Positions 10,098 to 18,895 of a DNA stretch of 34,888 bases are shown one piece after another. The DNA lies in IMG/VR virus record IMGVR_UViG_3300025621_000030, positions 1 through 34,888 of that record; one strand, written 5' to 3'. Below the pieces are notes generated by a model. That model was not told where the DNA came from and did not search any database. It saw only the letters and a list, made by a program, of their open reading frames with translations. The number at the start of each line of letters is the position of its first letter. Within the stretch, counting starts at the first letter, position 1. A program made the position numbers and the translations under genes. The DNA is from a virus (lineage: Duplodnaviria > Caudoviricetes).

Positions 10098-11890
10098 TAT
10101 ACTATTCCCATTTTGCCTTGATTATTCATGGCGTTGTTTATGATTGATGTTATCAACCCTTTTCTTGATGCTAGTAACTGGTCAAAGCCAGCAGCATCTA
10201 CTGTTGATATATTAAAGTTCACTGTAGCACCCATACTTTGTCCTTTAGTATGATCTATAACAGTTTCGTTTGGATGTAATATAGCATTAAATCCTCCTTT
10301 ACCATCTACACCCCCAGCCCTAGCTCCAAAACCTGTATAACCACCACCTTCTCCTGATAGTTTTTTCCCTAAAATAGTAGTTTCGCCCATATCTCCAAAA
10401 TCTTGAGCGGCTACAGCAAAATATCCAGGACTTAAATTAGCGGCCTTTGCTGTTGACCCCCCAGCCATAAGATTATCTATGCTTGATGTTATGCCAGCAA
10501 CTAATTTTTGCACAACATATACTTGTAATAATTCTCTTATTACAGCCTGAGTTACACTCATTGCTAATGTTTTAAATTCTAAGAATTTTTGACTAGTTAT
10601 ATCAAAAAAATCAAGATAAGCATTTGTTAATTTGCCTTCAATAGTCTCGCCAAAAGTTTTTGTAATAACAATAGAGTTTTTTGTTTCTTCTTGTATTTTT
10701 TTTAATGCTTCTAAATAAGAATCAGCTCCATCTAAATTAGTATCATTTAATATTTTTTTTGCTTCAATTAAAATGTTTGTTTGTGTTATTTCTTCTTGTA
10801 TAACATCTAATTCTTTTTGTTTTTGCCTTCTTCCAAAACTTTTTGCATTTTCTTCTTTCTCTTTTAATAATTCTGCTTCTCTTTTTTGTAAATCTGCAAG
10901 TTTTTGATTCAAGCCCTCTACACTATTAGCATATTGATCTGTATTTTTAGATGCCATCATTACTATTGATGCTAAAGATGCAAAGCCAACAGCTAGTGCT
11001 GTTATTGGATTTGTTAACATTGCAATTTTCAATAAATTTAATGCCCTAATTAATTTTGGTATAGCGGTTGCTGCTAATAATGTTATAGCTGGTATTAATA
11101 TTTCTTGTATATTTTTTGCAAAGAAAGCAGCAGCATCAGCAATAATCCCAAAAGCATTTGTGCCTTTTTGAATGTCTCCAATCATAAACTGGAAACTATT
11201 TCTTATAGATACGCCAGCTTGACCTAGGGTCATAGGCATATCTGCTATCTTCTCATTTGTCTCTTCTACTCCAGCAATCAATATTGGCAATACTTTTTCA
11301 GCAGTTAAACCACCAGCATGACCAAACTCTCTAAGCTCACCAACTGTCATGTTAAGACCTTTAGCCAACATCTTAGTTAAAATTACGTTGTTTTCCATTA
11401 CAGAACGTAACTCATCACCCCTTAAAGCACCTGAAGCTAAACCCTGTGCTAACTGTCTAGCAGAGTTATTTGCTTCTTGAGTATGAGAACCAGCAATAAT
11501 AAAGGTATTTGCTACCATTTGTGTAGCATTAGCCAATTGATCTTGTGTAGTACCTAAATGCTCTGTAGCTAAAGCAAGCCTTGTATATAACATGGCAACA
11601 GAATCAAAATCCGATCTTGATTCCATGGCTATTCTTTTCATGCTATCCATAGCTGCTGCTGTAGCGGTAGCACTACCAGTCAAAGCGTTCATTCTATTTT
11701 CTACACCAATCATTACATTGGCTGCTTGAACTATTTCTCTAGTACCAAAAGCAGCAGCAATAGTAGCTCCAAGTCTAGCAACTTGATTGTGAACACTACT
11801 AATATCGCCTTTGAATTTCTTTAAAGCAGCACCTGATTTGTTATTTGCTAACAAATCTATTTGATACTTCATTCCTTTACCTAGAGCCAT
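10097..11890 (-). CDS. Tape measure protein
   Basis: QLAQGLASGALRGDELRSVMEN tape-measure motif; Ala-rich; C-terminal GGYTG...AILHPNETV. Confidence 0.92.
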   Translation of the reverse strand: MALGKGMKYQIDLLANNKSGAALKKFKGDISSVHNQVARLGATIAAAFGTREIVQAANVMIGVENRMNALTGSATATAAAMDSMKRIAMESRSDFDSVAMLYTRLALATEHLGTTQDQLANATQMVANTFIIAGSHTQEANNSARQLAQGLASGALRGDELRSVMENNVILTKMLAKGLNMTVGELREFGHAGGLTAEKVLPILIAGVEETNEKIADMPMTLGQAGVSIRNSFQFMIGDIQKGTNAFGIIADAAAFFAKNIQEILIPAITLLAATAIPKLIRALNLLKIAMLTNPITALAVGFASLASIVMMASKNTDQYANSVEGLNQKLADLQKREAELLKEKEENAKSFGRRQKQKELDVIQEEITQTNILIEAKKILNDTNLDGADSYLEALKKIQEETKNSIVITKTFGETIEGKLTNAYLDFFDITSQKFLEFKTLAMSVTQAVIRELLQVYVVQKLVAGITSSIDNLMAGGSTAKAANLSPGYFAVAAQDFGDMGETTILGKKLSGEGGGYTGFGARAGGVDGKGGFNAILHPNETVIDHTKGQSMGATVNFNISTVDAAGFDQLLASRKGLITSIINNAMNNQGKMGIV

Positions 11891-12032
11891 TTTGTTCTTC
11901 CTTTATCTCAAGATAAGCTAACCATCCTTGAAATTCCTCAACTGTTATCTCTTCAATTTCAGCTAAAGTTTTATTAAGTTTTTCAGCTAGTGCATATTTT
12001 ATGTATAGCTGCTTATCTTCAATTACTTTTTT
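11877..12032 (-). CDS. Tail assembly chaperone -1 frameshift extension (gpT-like part of gpGT)
   Basis: Slippery A AAA AAG at 12032-12026; -1 frame reads VIEDKQLYIKYALAEKLNKTLAEIEEITVEEFQGWLAYLEIKEEQNGSR*, a gpT-like motif with no ATG of its own. Confidence 0.85.
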   Translation of the reverse strand, partial: KKVIEDKQLYIKYALAEKLNKTLAEIEEITVEEFQGWLAYLEIKEEQNGSR

Positions 12033-12361
12033 TTAACTTGTTCCTGTGAAATATTGTTCATCATTTCACTTGAAACTCTAATTAATACATCTCTATCAAC
12101 CCTCTCCAATAAGGTTTTCTTATCAGCGATAGTAAATAACTTTTCTCCAGCCTCATCTAATGCTTTATAAATTAAAACATAAGCCAAAAGCTGTACTTCA
12201 TCATCTTTAGCCAGTTTCATAAATTTAGAAGTCTCTGAAAGAGTGATTGGTCTACAATAAATCTTTAACGGACTATCTTCATCCTCACCCCATTCAGGGA
12301 CTTCTATAATTTTAGTTTCTATGCTATCAAAATGCTTCTTTGCGTTATCTATAACTGACAT
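12023..12361 (-). CDS. Tail assembly chaperone (gpG-like)
   Basis: Between tube and TMP; IEVPEWG motif; ends VKKK on the slippery site. Confidence 0.85.
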   Translation of the reverse strand: MSVIDNAKKHFDSIETKIIEVPEWGEDEDSPLKIYCRPITLSETSKFMKLAKDDEVQLLAYVLIYKALDEAGEKLFTIADKKTLLERVDRDVLIRVSSEMMNNISQEQVKKK

Positions 12362-12365
12362 TTTC

Positions 12366-12755
12366 TTATACTGTTGATGTTGTTAAAGCACCATTGCCTT
12401 GTACTGAAATGCTAGCCTCAACCAATCCATCAAAAGATGCACTTCTTGAAACTCCAGTAACAATAGCTGAACCAGTGTAGTAAGTATCTCCAGTTGTATC
12501 TCCTTCAGGATATACATTTAAAGTTACTTCTGAACCAATACTTAAAGCACCTTGTCCGTCAGTATCAGTCTCATCCCAAAATACATCTAAACTTCCTGAG
12601 AAATTTGATAATGATGGTTTGTAGGTTCTAGCAGAATCACCCATTGAAGTATCTTCTAAAGTATCAGCAGATTCTTCTATTGAGTAAGACTTAATTTCAG
12701 CTACAGCATTTGAACCGACTTTAACAGTTCCTTCACTTCCTTTATGTGTTGCCAT
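12366..12755 (-). CDS. Major tail tube protein
   Basis: MATHKGSEGTVKVG...EDTSMGD..RTY, FSGSLDVFWD, S.SVQGNGAL motifs. Confidence 0.85.
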   Translation of the reverse strand: MATHKGSEGTVKVGSNAVAEIKSYSIEESADTLEDTSMGDSARTYKPSLSNFSGSLDVFWDETDTDGQGALSIGSEVTLNVYPEGDTTGDTYYTGSAIVTGVSRSASFDGLVEASISVQGNGALTTSTV

Positions 12756-12912
12756 TTTCTTTTACCTCGTCTTCCGACTTTTTCTTTGAAGAAGGTTTAA
12801 TTTTTTCTTGCGAATGGACTGCTTCTTCTTTCCAACCCATATTCAATAAAGACTCAACCTTTGAAGGGTGAGCATTTATAGAAATTTTGCCATTTGGACT
12901 AATCATTTTCAT
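12742..12912 (-). CDS. Small hypothetical protein, 56 aa (MKMISPNGKISINAHPSKVESLLNMGWKEE...)
   Basis: Hand-translated; CAGGAG RBS; fills the gap and overlaps the tube start. Confidence 0.7.
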   Translation of the reverse strand: MKMISPNGKISINAHPSKVESLLNMGWKEEAVHSQEKIKPSSKKKSEDEVKENGNT

Positions 12913-12924
12913 AATTGTCTCCTG

Positions 12925-13365
12925 TTAAACCGCCACATCAGGATTAGTTTCCTTGACATAGTAGTTAGTTAAAAATGTAAGAGATACATAACCCAAAGGC
13001 TTTTCTCCCTCAGCGTTAAACTCTATTTCTGTTGATTCTAGGTAGCAGTCCTTTGTTAGACCATCTAAGGTTCTGTCTGCTGCTATTGCCTCTTCAACTT
13101 CTTTACTTATTGTATCAATAGTATCATCAAAGTTGCTAGTAGCTTTTGCATATCCTTCTACTACTACTGATAATTCTCTACTCATAACTCTATCAGTACC
13201 TATAACTATTGGCTCAGATGCTTCTGATTTAGTATAGATAACTAATGCTGGTACTGTTTCTAATGGATAAACCCTTGACTCATAAACTCTTGAACCAGTT
13301 GTAGTCAAACCAGTTAAAGTAGTACCAAACTTTTCTCTTATTTGTTGTCTTATATGATTTGCCAT
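12925..13365 (-). CDS. Tail terminator (lambda gpU-like)
   Basis: H.RQQIRE, RVYESRVYP, EVE.AIAAD.TL.GL motifs; upstream of tube. Confidence 0.75.
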   Translation of the reverse strand: MANHIRQQIREKFGTTLTGLTTTGSRVYESRVYPLETVPALVIYTKSEASEPIVIGTDRVMSRELSVVVEGYAKATSNFDDTIDTISKEVEEAIAADRTLDGLTKDCYLESTEIEFNAEGEKPLGYVSLTFLTNYYVKETNPDVAV

Positions 13366-13715
13366 TATATTTCCTCTAACATTAATGCACTAAAACCTGT
13401 TCTATCTGATTGTATATTAACAACAGTATAATTTTGTGCTGCTTTGAGTATATTACCATTTGTATCTTTTATTGCAGATATATCTAAAGTATTTCCAAAT
13501 GCAATATTTGGAATATCTATAGTTCTGCAATAGGCTATTGGTTTTAATGCTTCTACACCAATACCTTCTTCTTGTTCTACATATTCATTATTTAGAATAA
13601 CGTTGATTGTTGTAGAAGTGACTGAATTTGTATAAACAGCAGAAACACCATGACCAAAATTAATATCTAAATATCCAGCCATATCTAATTCAGTTTCTAA
13701 TCTAAATTGAGACAT
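13365..13715 (-). CDS. Head-tail joining / head closure protein (gpFII-like), paralog 2
   Basis: Size, position and C-terminal D.TG...L.LEE motif. Confidence 0.65.
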   Translation of the reverse strand: MSQFRLETELDMAGYLDINFGHGVSAVYTNSVTSTTINVILNNEYVEQEEGIGVEALKPIAYCRTIDIPNIAFGNTLDISAIKDTNGNILKAAQNYTVVNIQSDRTGFSALMLEEI

Positions 13716-14116
13716 TATTCTTCCTCTAACACCAAAGAAACCAAACCTGTATTATCAGGTTCAACTGTTCTAACAACAAACGTGGTTACAGGCTTTAAAA
13801 CATTACCCTGATCAGTTGTTATTGCATCAACTCTTAATTTATCTTGTTGTGATATGTAAGGAACATCAGATGCTTTAACTATTGCTCTTGGTTGATAACC
13901 AGCAACAGGAACAGTGCCGCCTTCTATATTGAAATATTCTTGGTCAATAATGATATTAATATTCTTTGAGAACCCTGAATCAATATCAAAAAGGGTATCT
14001 ATTAATGGGAAATCATCCCATAAAGATTGTTGAACCTCAAAGAATGTAGCAGTAACACCATGACCTGTTGTTGTATCAACATAGGCGTTAAAATCTGCTG
14101 CACTCTCTAATGGCAT
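13715..14116 (-). CDS. Head-tail joining / head closure protein (gpFII-like), paralog 1
   Basis: Same motifs as the downstream neighbour. Confidence 0.65.
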   Translation of the reverse strand: MPLESAADFNAYVDTTTGHGVTATFFEVQQSLWDDFPLIDTLFDIDSGFSKNINIIIDQEYFNIEGGTVPVAGYQPRAIVKASDVPYISQQDKLRVDAITTDQGNVLKPVTTFVVRTVEPDNTGLVSLVLEEE

Positions 14117-14119
14117 GAT

Positions 14120-14335
14120 TTATTTTTTAGCTCTTGTTTTAGGAGCTTTTACTTTTGATGTTTCTAAACCCACGCTTCTATCTTCTTTTTGAGCTTTAGG
14201 TTTGCCAACATGAACCTCTGCTTTGCCATAACCACATAAGGAATGACCTTCACTTTCAGTAAGTTCAACTATATCACCAGCGTGTACTTTAGAACCGCCA
14301 GCCATTGTATCTGTTAAGATTTTATATTTTTTCAT
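14120..14335 (-). CDS. Small basic protein after capsid (possibly gpFI-like packaging chaperone), 71 aa
   Basis: MKKYKILTDT...AGDIVEL...L...GKAE; likely start ATG 14335 rather than 14377. Confidence 0.55.
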   Translation of the reverse strand: MKKYKILTDTMAGGSKVHAGDIVELTESEGHSLCGYGKAEVHVGKPKAQKEDRSVGLETSKVKAPKTRAKK

Positions 14336-14343
14336 ATTTGAGT

Positions 14344-14363
14344 TGGGGGTATTGCTACCCCCA
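14344..14363 (-). promoter_or_regulatory. 8-bp stem / GCAA tetraloop hairpin after the capsid stop
   Basis: Minus strand TGGGGGTA-GCAA-TACCCCCA; no U tract follows. Confidence 0.6.
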
Positions 14364-14384
14364 TTCCATTTAAGCATCAGTTAA

Positions 14385-16703
14385 TTAGTCGCTTGATTTA
14401 CAGAATGAAACTGCGTGTCTTACAGCTACATCAACAGTTTGTAGAGCAACAATTCTTACCCCACCTGAAGTTGATAATGCGTAAGGGTCAACAGTAATAT
14501 CCAGTCCACCATACATACCAATTAATAAGTCTGCAAAGTTACCAAAGTAGAAATCTCCACTTGTTACTTGGTTACTTCTAATAACATTATAACCATTCAT
14601 AGTGTTATCAGGATTAACAACAAATTGAGCAGTATTAGTTGCTTTTTCAGTTGTTTTTAAAGTACCAAAGTCAGCAGGTCTACAAATGTAACCTAAAGAA
14701 CCACTTAGAGCATTGTCATTAGCGATTGCAGATTCCATAGCCACGATCTCAGCCCATGTTGGGTTAGCAGCAGCAAATGTAGTAGTGTTAATACCTGTAG
14801 TATTAGAAATACCTGTAGGTTGACCACTTGAACCTGAACCAGCTAAAGCACCTAAGTCAATTGCAGTAGCGATTGATTTTGTTAGGTCATCTCTGATTAA
14901 GTTCTCAACATCTAATGATGATTGTTGTAACAAAAGTCTTGTTGCATCAGTGAAAGCACCGATTACTTTAGGACTCATTGTTACTGAACCTGAAGTAAAT
15001 TCACTTTCAGCAGCAGCACTACCTTCTGTAGCAATCCATCCAGCAGATGAAGCAGCAGTTTTCTTAGGTATTACAACATTTCCTTGTAATCCTCTAAGCA
15101 TTGTCGCTCCAGCTTGCATTACAGAAGACTCATTTCTAAGTACGTCTATAAAGGAATCCCCTCTGTAATCTTCAGCTATTAAAGTTGAATCATCAGATGA
15201 GTTGATGTCTCTTTTGCCCCAAGTTCTTAGGACTTCAGCAGGCAACATAATGCCTTGTGCATCTTTACCATACTGTCTTGCAGCTTCAGCAGAACATTCA
15301 AATTCAAAAGCAGCATCTTGTTGTGCTCTTCTGTCTGAAGGGTTTGCCATTGCTCGAATCGCTTTTACCAAGCTAAATTCTCTTACTTCTTCTTTAGTCA
15401 TGCCGATTTCTGAAGGAGTCTCTAAAGGTGTGTCATTAGAAATATTTTCTAATAATACGCCTCTAAATTCTTCAACAGAGATACCATCACTAATTGCTTT
15501 GTCAGCTAAATCTCTTTTATTGTGTCTAGCGGCTAAATCTATAATCTCTTTTGAGTTTCTTTTAAATTCAGCTTTAGCATCATCAATAGTTTGAGTTCTA
15601 ACTTCGTCTAGGTTTATGTCTTTATTTTCTGACATTTTAATCTCCTTAAAGTTAATATTATTTTTATCTTCAGAACGACCAACTCCAACAAGTCTTGACT
15701 GGTCAGCAGGAACGCTTACAGAAGAAACTTCCATAGGTGTCCATTGAGCTTTATAGTAATTCTCATCTTTGTTATTCATTCTTTCCAGTTTGTCGATGCG
15801 ATAACCTACCGATATGTTCATCCTTATCCCATCTTTTACATCTTCAAACACTTCTTGAGCTAAAGCAGATTTTCCAAATCTGACTACTGCTAAAGACCTT
15901 TTAGCAGTCTCATCTAGTTCGAATCTTTCTATTACACCTATTTGCTTGGTCATATCATGATCCAAGAGAAGAGGTGCACGTCCACTGTTTATAAACTCCA
16001 TGTTTATATCGCCAGCAGAATGTCCTAGGACTTCCATCCCAAAACTTCTTTCAACAGGTTCTTCAGAAGAAACTCCTACACGAACAGTTCTATTTTCTTC
16101 ATCAAGATAAGAATGTTTAGATAAATCAATAGTTCTATATTTCATAGGCATATCAATTACTTTTCTTTCATCTTCACTTGATTCAGTCATAGAAACCTCA
16201 TCAGTCATTTCTACTTCCTCACCTTCATGTTCTACATCCTCATGCTTTGCGAATTCAACAATAACTTTATCGTCAGTTTCACTCACATTAAGGATATGTC
16301 TATCTTCTTTATTCATAGATTTCTCCTCTTCATTTGTTAATAAAGGATGTTTTTCTGATTCTTGCGAATCAAAACTTGTTTGTCTTTCATCTTCTTTTTT
16401 CATTTGTTCTACCAATCTTTTTGACCAGCTATATCCAGCATCACCACCCCATAATGCCCAAGCTATTCTGCCATTAGAAGGATAACCTTCTTCACCAGCA
16501 CTAAATCCTTCTGCCTGTTTATCTACTTCATGTCTGCTGAAAAAACTATACATCCTTTTAATAGTTTCATCAGATAGATTTTCGTTATTTAATATTTGGT
16601 TTGCTCTTTCGGCTCCAATTCTAGTTCCACCCCTGCCAAATTCTTTTCTCCAGTCCAAGCCTTTGCGAGCCTCTTCTTTCATTCCTTGAGTAGGTTTACT
16701 CAT
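14385..16703 (-). CDS. Fused unknown N-terminal domain + HK97-type prohead protease + major capsid protein
   Basis: Protease motifs PLLLDHD, ISVGY, EVSSVSVPAD; capsid motifs AGWIATEG, FGNFADLLIG, DVAVRH. Start 16703 overlaps the portal stop; internal RBS+ATG at 16316 and 15635. Confidence 0.92.
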   Translation of the reverse strand: MSKPTQGMKEEARKGLDWRKEFGRGGTRIGAERANQILNNENLSDETIKRMYSFFSRHEVDKQAEGFSAGEEGYPSNGRIAWALWGGDAGYSWSKRLVEQMKKEDERQTSFDSQESEKHPLLTNEEEKSMNKEDRHILNVSETDDKVIVEFAKHEDVEHEGEEVEMTDEVSMTESSEDERKVIDMPMKYRTIDLSKHSYLDEENRTVRVGVSSEEPVERSFGMEVLGHSAGDINMEFINSGRAPLLLDHDMTKQIGVIERFELDETAKRSLAVVRFGKSALAQEVFEDVKDGIRMNISVGYRIDKLERMNNKDENYYKAQWTPMEVSSVSVPADQSRLVGVGRSEDKNNINFKEIKMSENKDINLDEVRTQTIDDAKAEFKRNSKEIIDLAARHNKRDLADKAISDGISVEEFRGVLLENISNDTPLETPSEIGMTKEEVREFSLVKAIRAMANPSDRRAQQDAAFEFECSAEAARQYGKDAQGIMLPAEVLRTWGKRDINSSDDSTLIAEDYRGDSFIDVLRNESSVMQAGATMLRGLQGNVVIPKKTAASSAGWIATEGSAAAESEFTSGSVTMSPKVIGAFTDATRLLLQQSSLDVENLIRDDLTKSIATAIDLGALAGSGSSGQPTGISNTTGINTTTFAAANPTWAEIVAMESAIANDNALSGSLGYICRPADFGTLKTTEKATNTAQFVVNPDNTMNGYNVIRSNQVTSGDFYFGNFADLLIGMYGGLDITVDPYALSTSGGVRIVALQTVDVAVRHAVSFCKSSD

Positions 16704-18189
16704 CTTCCTGATCTCCGCCATTTATATTTGCTTCCACAGGATTCTTCTGACCAAATGGTTGATAAGCTAATTCAATACCATATTGTTTGGCTAGTTCAAT
16801 TTCTTTTTGATGTTGTTCAAAAAGCTCTTCAGTATCTCTTCCGTATGCACCAGCAATGTCTGAATAACTTAATGTTCCATTTTGCAAACCAATTACATTA
16901 GCCTGCATTTCTTTTAAAGGATCAATCCAAGCAAAACTTCTTGGTATGTAATTAACAGCCTTAGCAAACTTATCAACTTTACTCATAGGCAAATTAATAT
17001 AGCCATTTGATATAGACATTTCTAACCAAGATTTAAAAACTGGGTCTATAAAATGATCTATAACAAATTGCTGATATATCTGATACATGCTTCTATCTTC
17101 TAAAGCACCTTGTCTTATTGAGCTGTAATTTACTGATGTAAGGTCATTACTTAAAGAATGATAAGAAATATTTAAACCTGATGCGATACTTCTTAATACA
17201 TTAGTTGTAAATGATTCAAATGCAGATGTGGGGTGAGTTGGATCAAATGCTTTAAAATCCATACCTGCTGGTAATTGTTCAAAAACTCCAGCCTGTGCGT
17301 TCATTGTTGGATTAAATGTATCTTCATATTCACCATCACCAACATAACCATCACCATCACCTGATGTAAAGAAACCCATTTTAGATGCACCAACTCTAGC
17401 TGCAACTATCTCTGCTTCTAAATAACCATTTAGCATTTTCACATTAGCCATTGCTGTAGCAACCAAAGAAACGCCTCTAGTTTGTTCTGCTCTAGCAGGC
17501 AGGTAAGCATGGATAATCTCATCAGCAGGAACTCTAATGTGTTGTGCTTGAGCTAAATAAACTCTATCGTAAGGGTGGTCTTTAAATAAATGATAAGCAA
17601 CTGGTTTATCATATTTATCTACCTCAACACCCATCTTAATACGATTGCCAGTAGCTTTATAAACATCATTTTTATTTTCATCTAAATGATCTGCTTCTAA
17701 AAACTGTAATTCAAAACCAAAGGGTGAATCTTTCTTTTTAATTTTTCTTATTAATACTTCACCATCTCTACATAGAGATTCAATAAATATTTTTTGACAA
17801 TCTAAGAATGATAATCTTCCATTGGTTGTACAATTGCCAACCTGACCCCATTCTTTCCAAGCGTTTTCAATGAGCTGGTTTCCAGCAATGTCCAATGACC
17901 CATTATCGTCACGTCCTTTACTGGAAACTCTTATGCCATGCTTACCGATAACATTAGATACCATCAGGTTTAAGTATCTTGCAATATAGCTATCGTTTCT
18001 TGCTAACTCTCTTGCTCTATCTCTTAAAATTCTTATGTTATCTTTTATCTCAGCATCGGCACTTGTAGATGTGGTAACAAAATCTGCAAACAATCTTCCA
18101 GTATTAGCTCCTGTGTAGCTTCTTCTATATGCTTGTCTTTTCTTTTTCTTAGGCTCATTTACGCCTAATATTCTGTTATACCATGCCAT
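16696..18189 (-). CDS. Portal protein, lambda family
   Basis: LRDRARELARND, RAEQTRGV, SNDLTSVNYSSIRQG, WIDPLKE motifs. Confidence 0.95.
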   Translation of the reverse strand: MAWYNRILGVNEPKKKKRQAYRRSYTGANTGRLFADFVTTSTSADAEIKDNIRILRDRARELARNDSYIARYLNLMVSNVIGKHGIRVSSKGRDDNGSLDIAGNQLIENAWKEWGQVGNCTTNGRLSFLDCQKIFIESLCRDGEVLIRKIKKKDSPFGFELQFLEADHLDENKNDVYKATGNRIKMGVEVDKYDKPVAYHLFKDHPYDRVYLAQAQHIRVPADEIIHAYLPARAEQTRGVSLVATAMANVKMLNGYLEAEIVAARVGASKMGFFTSGDGDGYVGDGEYEDTFNPTMNAQAGVFEQLPAGMDFKAFDPTHPTSAFESFTTNVLRSIASGLNISYHSLSNDLTSVNYSSIRQGALEDRSMYQIYQQFVIDHFIDPVFKSWLEMSISNGYINLPMSKVDKFAKAVNYIPRSFAWIDPLKEMQANVIGLQNGTLSYSDIAGAYGRDTEELFEQHQKEIELAKQYGIELAYQPFGQKNPVEANINGGDQEDE

Positions 18190-18806
18190 TATGTGTAACT
18201 CTTGGGTGTTGAACCAGTTGTACGACCAAAATTAACCTTGATTGTGTTTCCTGATCCTCTTTTATTCTTAATTCGTTGGATTTTGACTTCTTTAAGATAT
18301 TCAGCCTTGTATCTGTCTCTAAAAGTCAACAGTTCATCAATGGACATTCTTGATAATGACCTTCCAGCTATAGACATAGATGATTGGTCAATATTTGCCC
18401 TGTTCTCAATAACTGCTTCTATACTATCTAAAACAATTTTTGCATGACTTCTAACTGAAGCAGTTGTAGTTGCATAATTATCTTGAACTTCTACAAAACC
18501 CTCTTCAAGTTTGACTCTTGCAGAATCAGAACTTCTAGTCATGTAAGAAACCCAGTTGTAATTACCTTTTGTGTATGAAGCGGTATTGTTTGCCTCAATG
18601 ATGTAGTTATCATTTGATTCTGTAGATGTTAATGTAAAATTAGAAGCTGTAGCACCATCAACTAAATTAAATTCATATGATAGTGAATAGTCTGCTACTG
18701 GATAATCATCTGATAAATCTTCTCTTTTCCATGCCCAAAAGTCTCCTAACTGAAGCTCAGTAGGAACTTGGGGTGGATAATTTGTTGAATCAAATTTGTT
18801 GCTCAA
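18189..18806 (-). CDS. Head-tail adaptor (gpW-like C-terminus with N-terminal beta domain)
   Basis: SMSIAGRSLSRMSIDELL..RDRY between terL and portal; TTG start. Confidence 0.7.
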   Translation of the reverse strand: MSNKFDSTNYPPQVPTELQLGDFWAWKREDLSDDYPVADYSLSYEFNLVDGATASNFTLTSTESNDNYIIEANNTASYTKGNYNWVSYMTRSSDSARVKLEEGFVEVQDNYATTTASVRSHAKIVLDSIEAVIENRANIDQSSMSIAGRSLSRMSIDELLTFRDRYKAEYLKEVKIQRIKNKRGSGNTIKVNFGRTTGSTPKSYT

Positions 18807-18895
18807 GCAAAAACCTCATAAATGTTTTAGATATATCTAATATCACACTATGGTTTTCTGCTAAAAAGTCAACACATAAGCAAAGAAAAGTCAAA

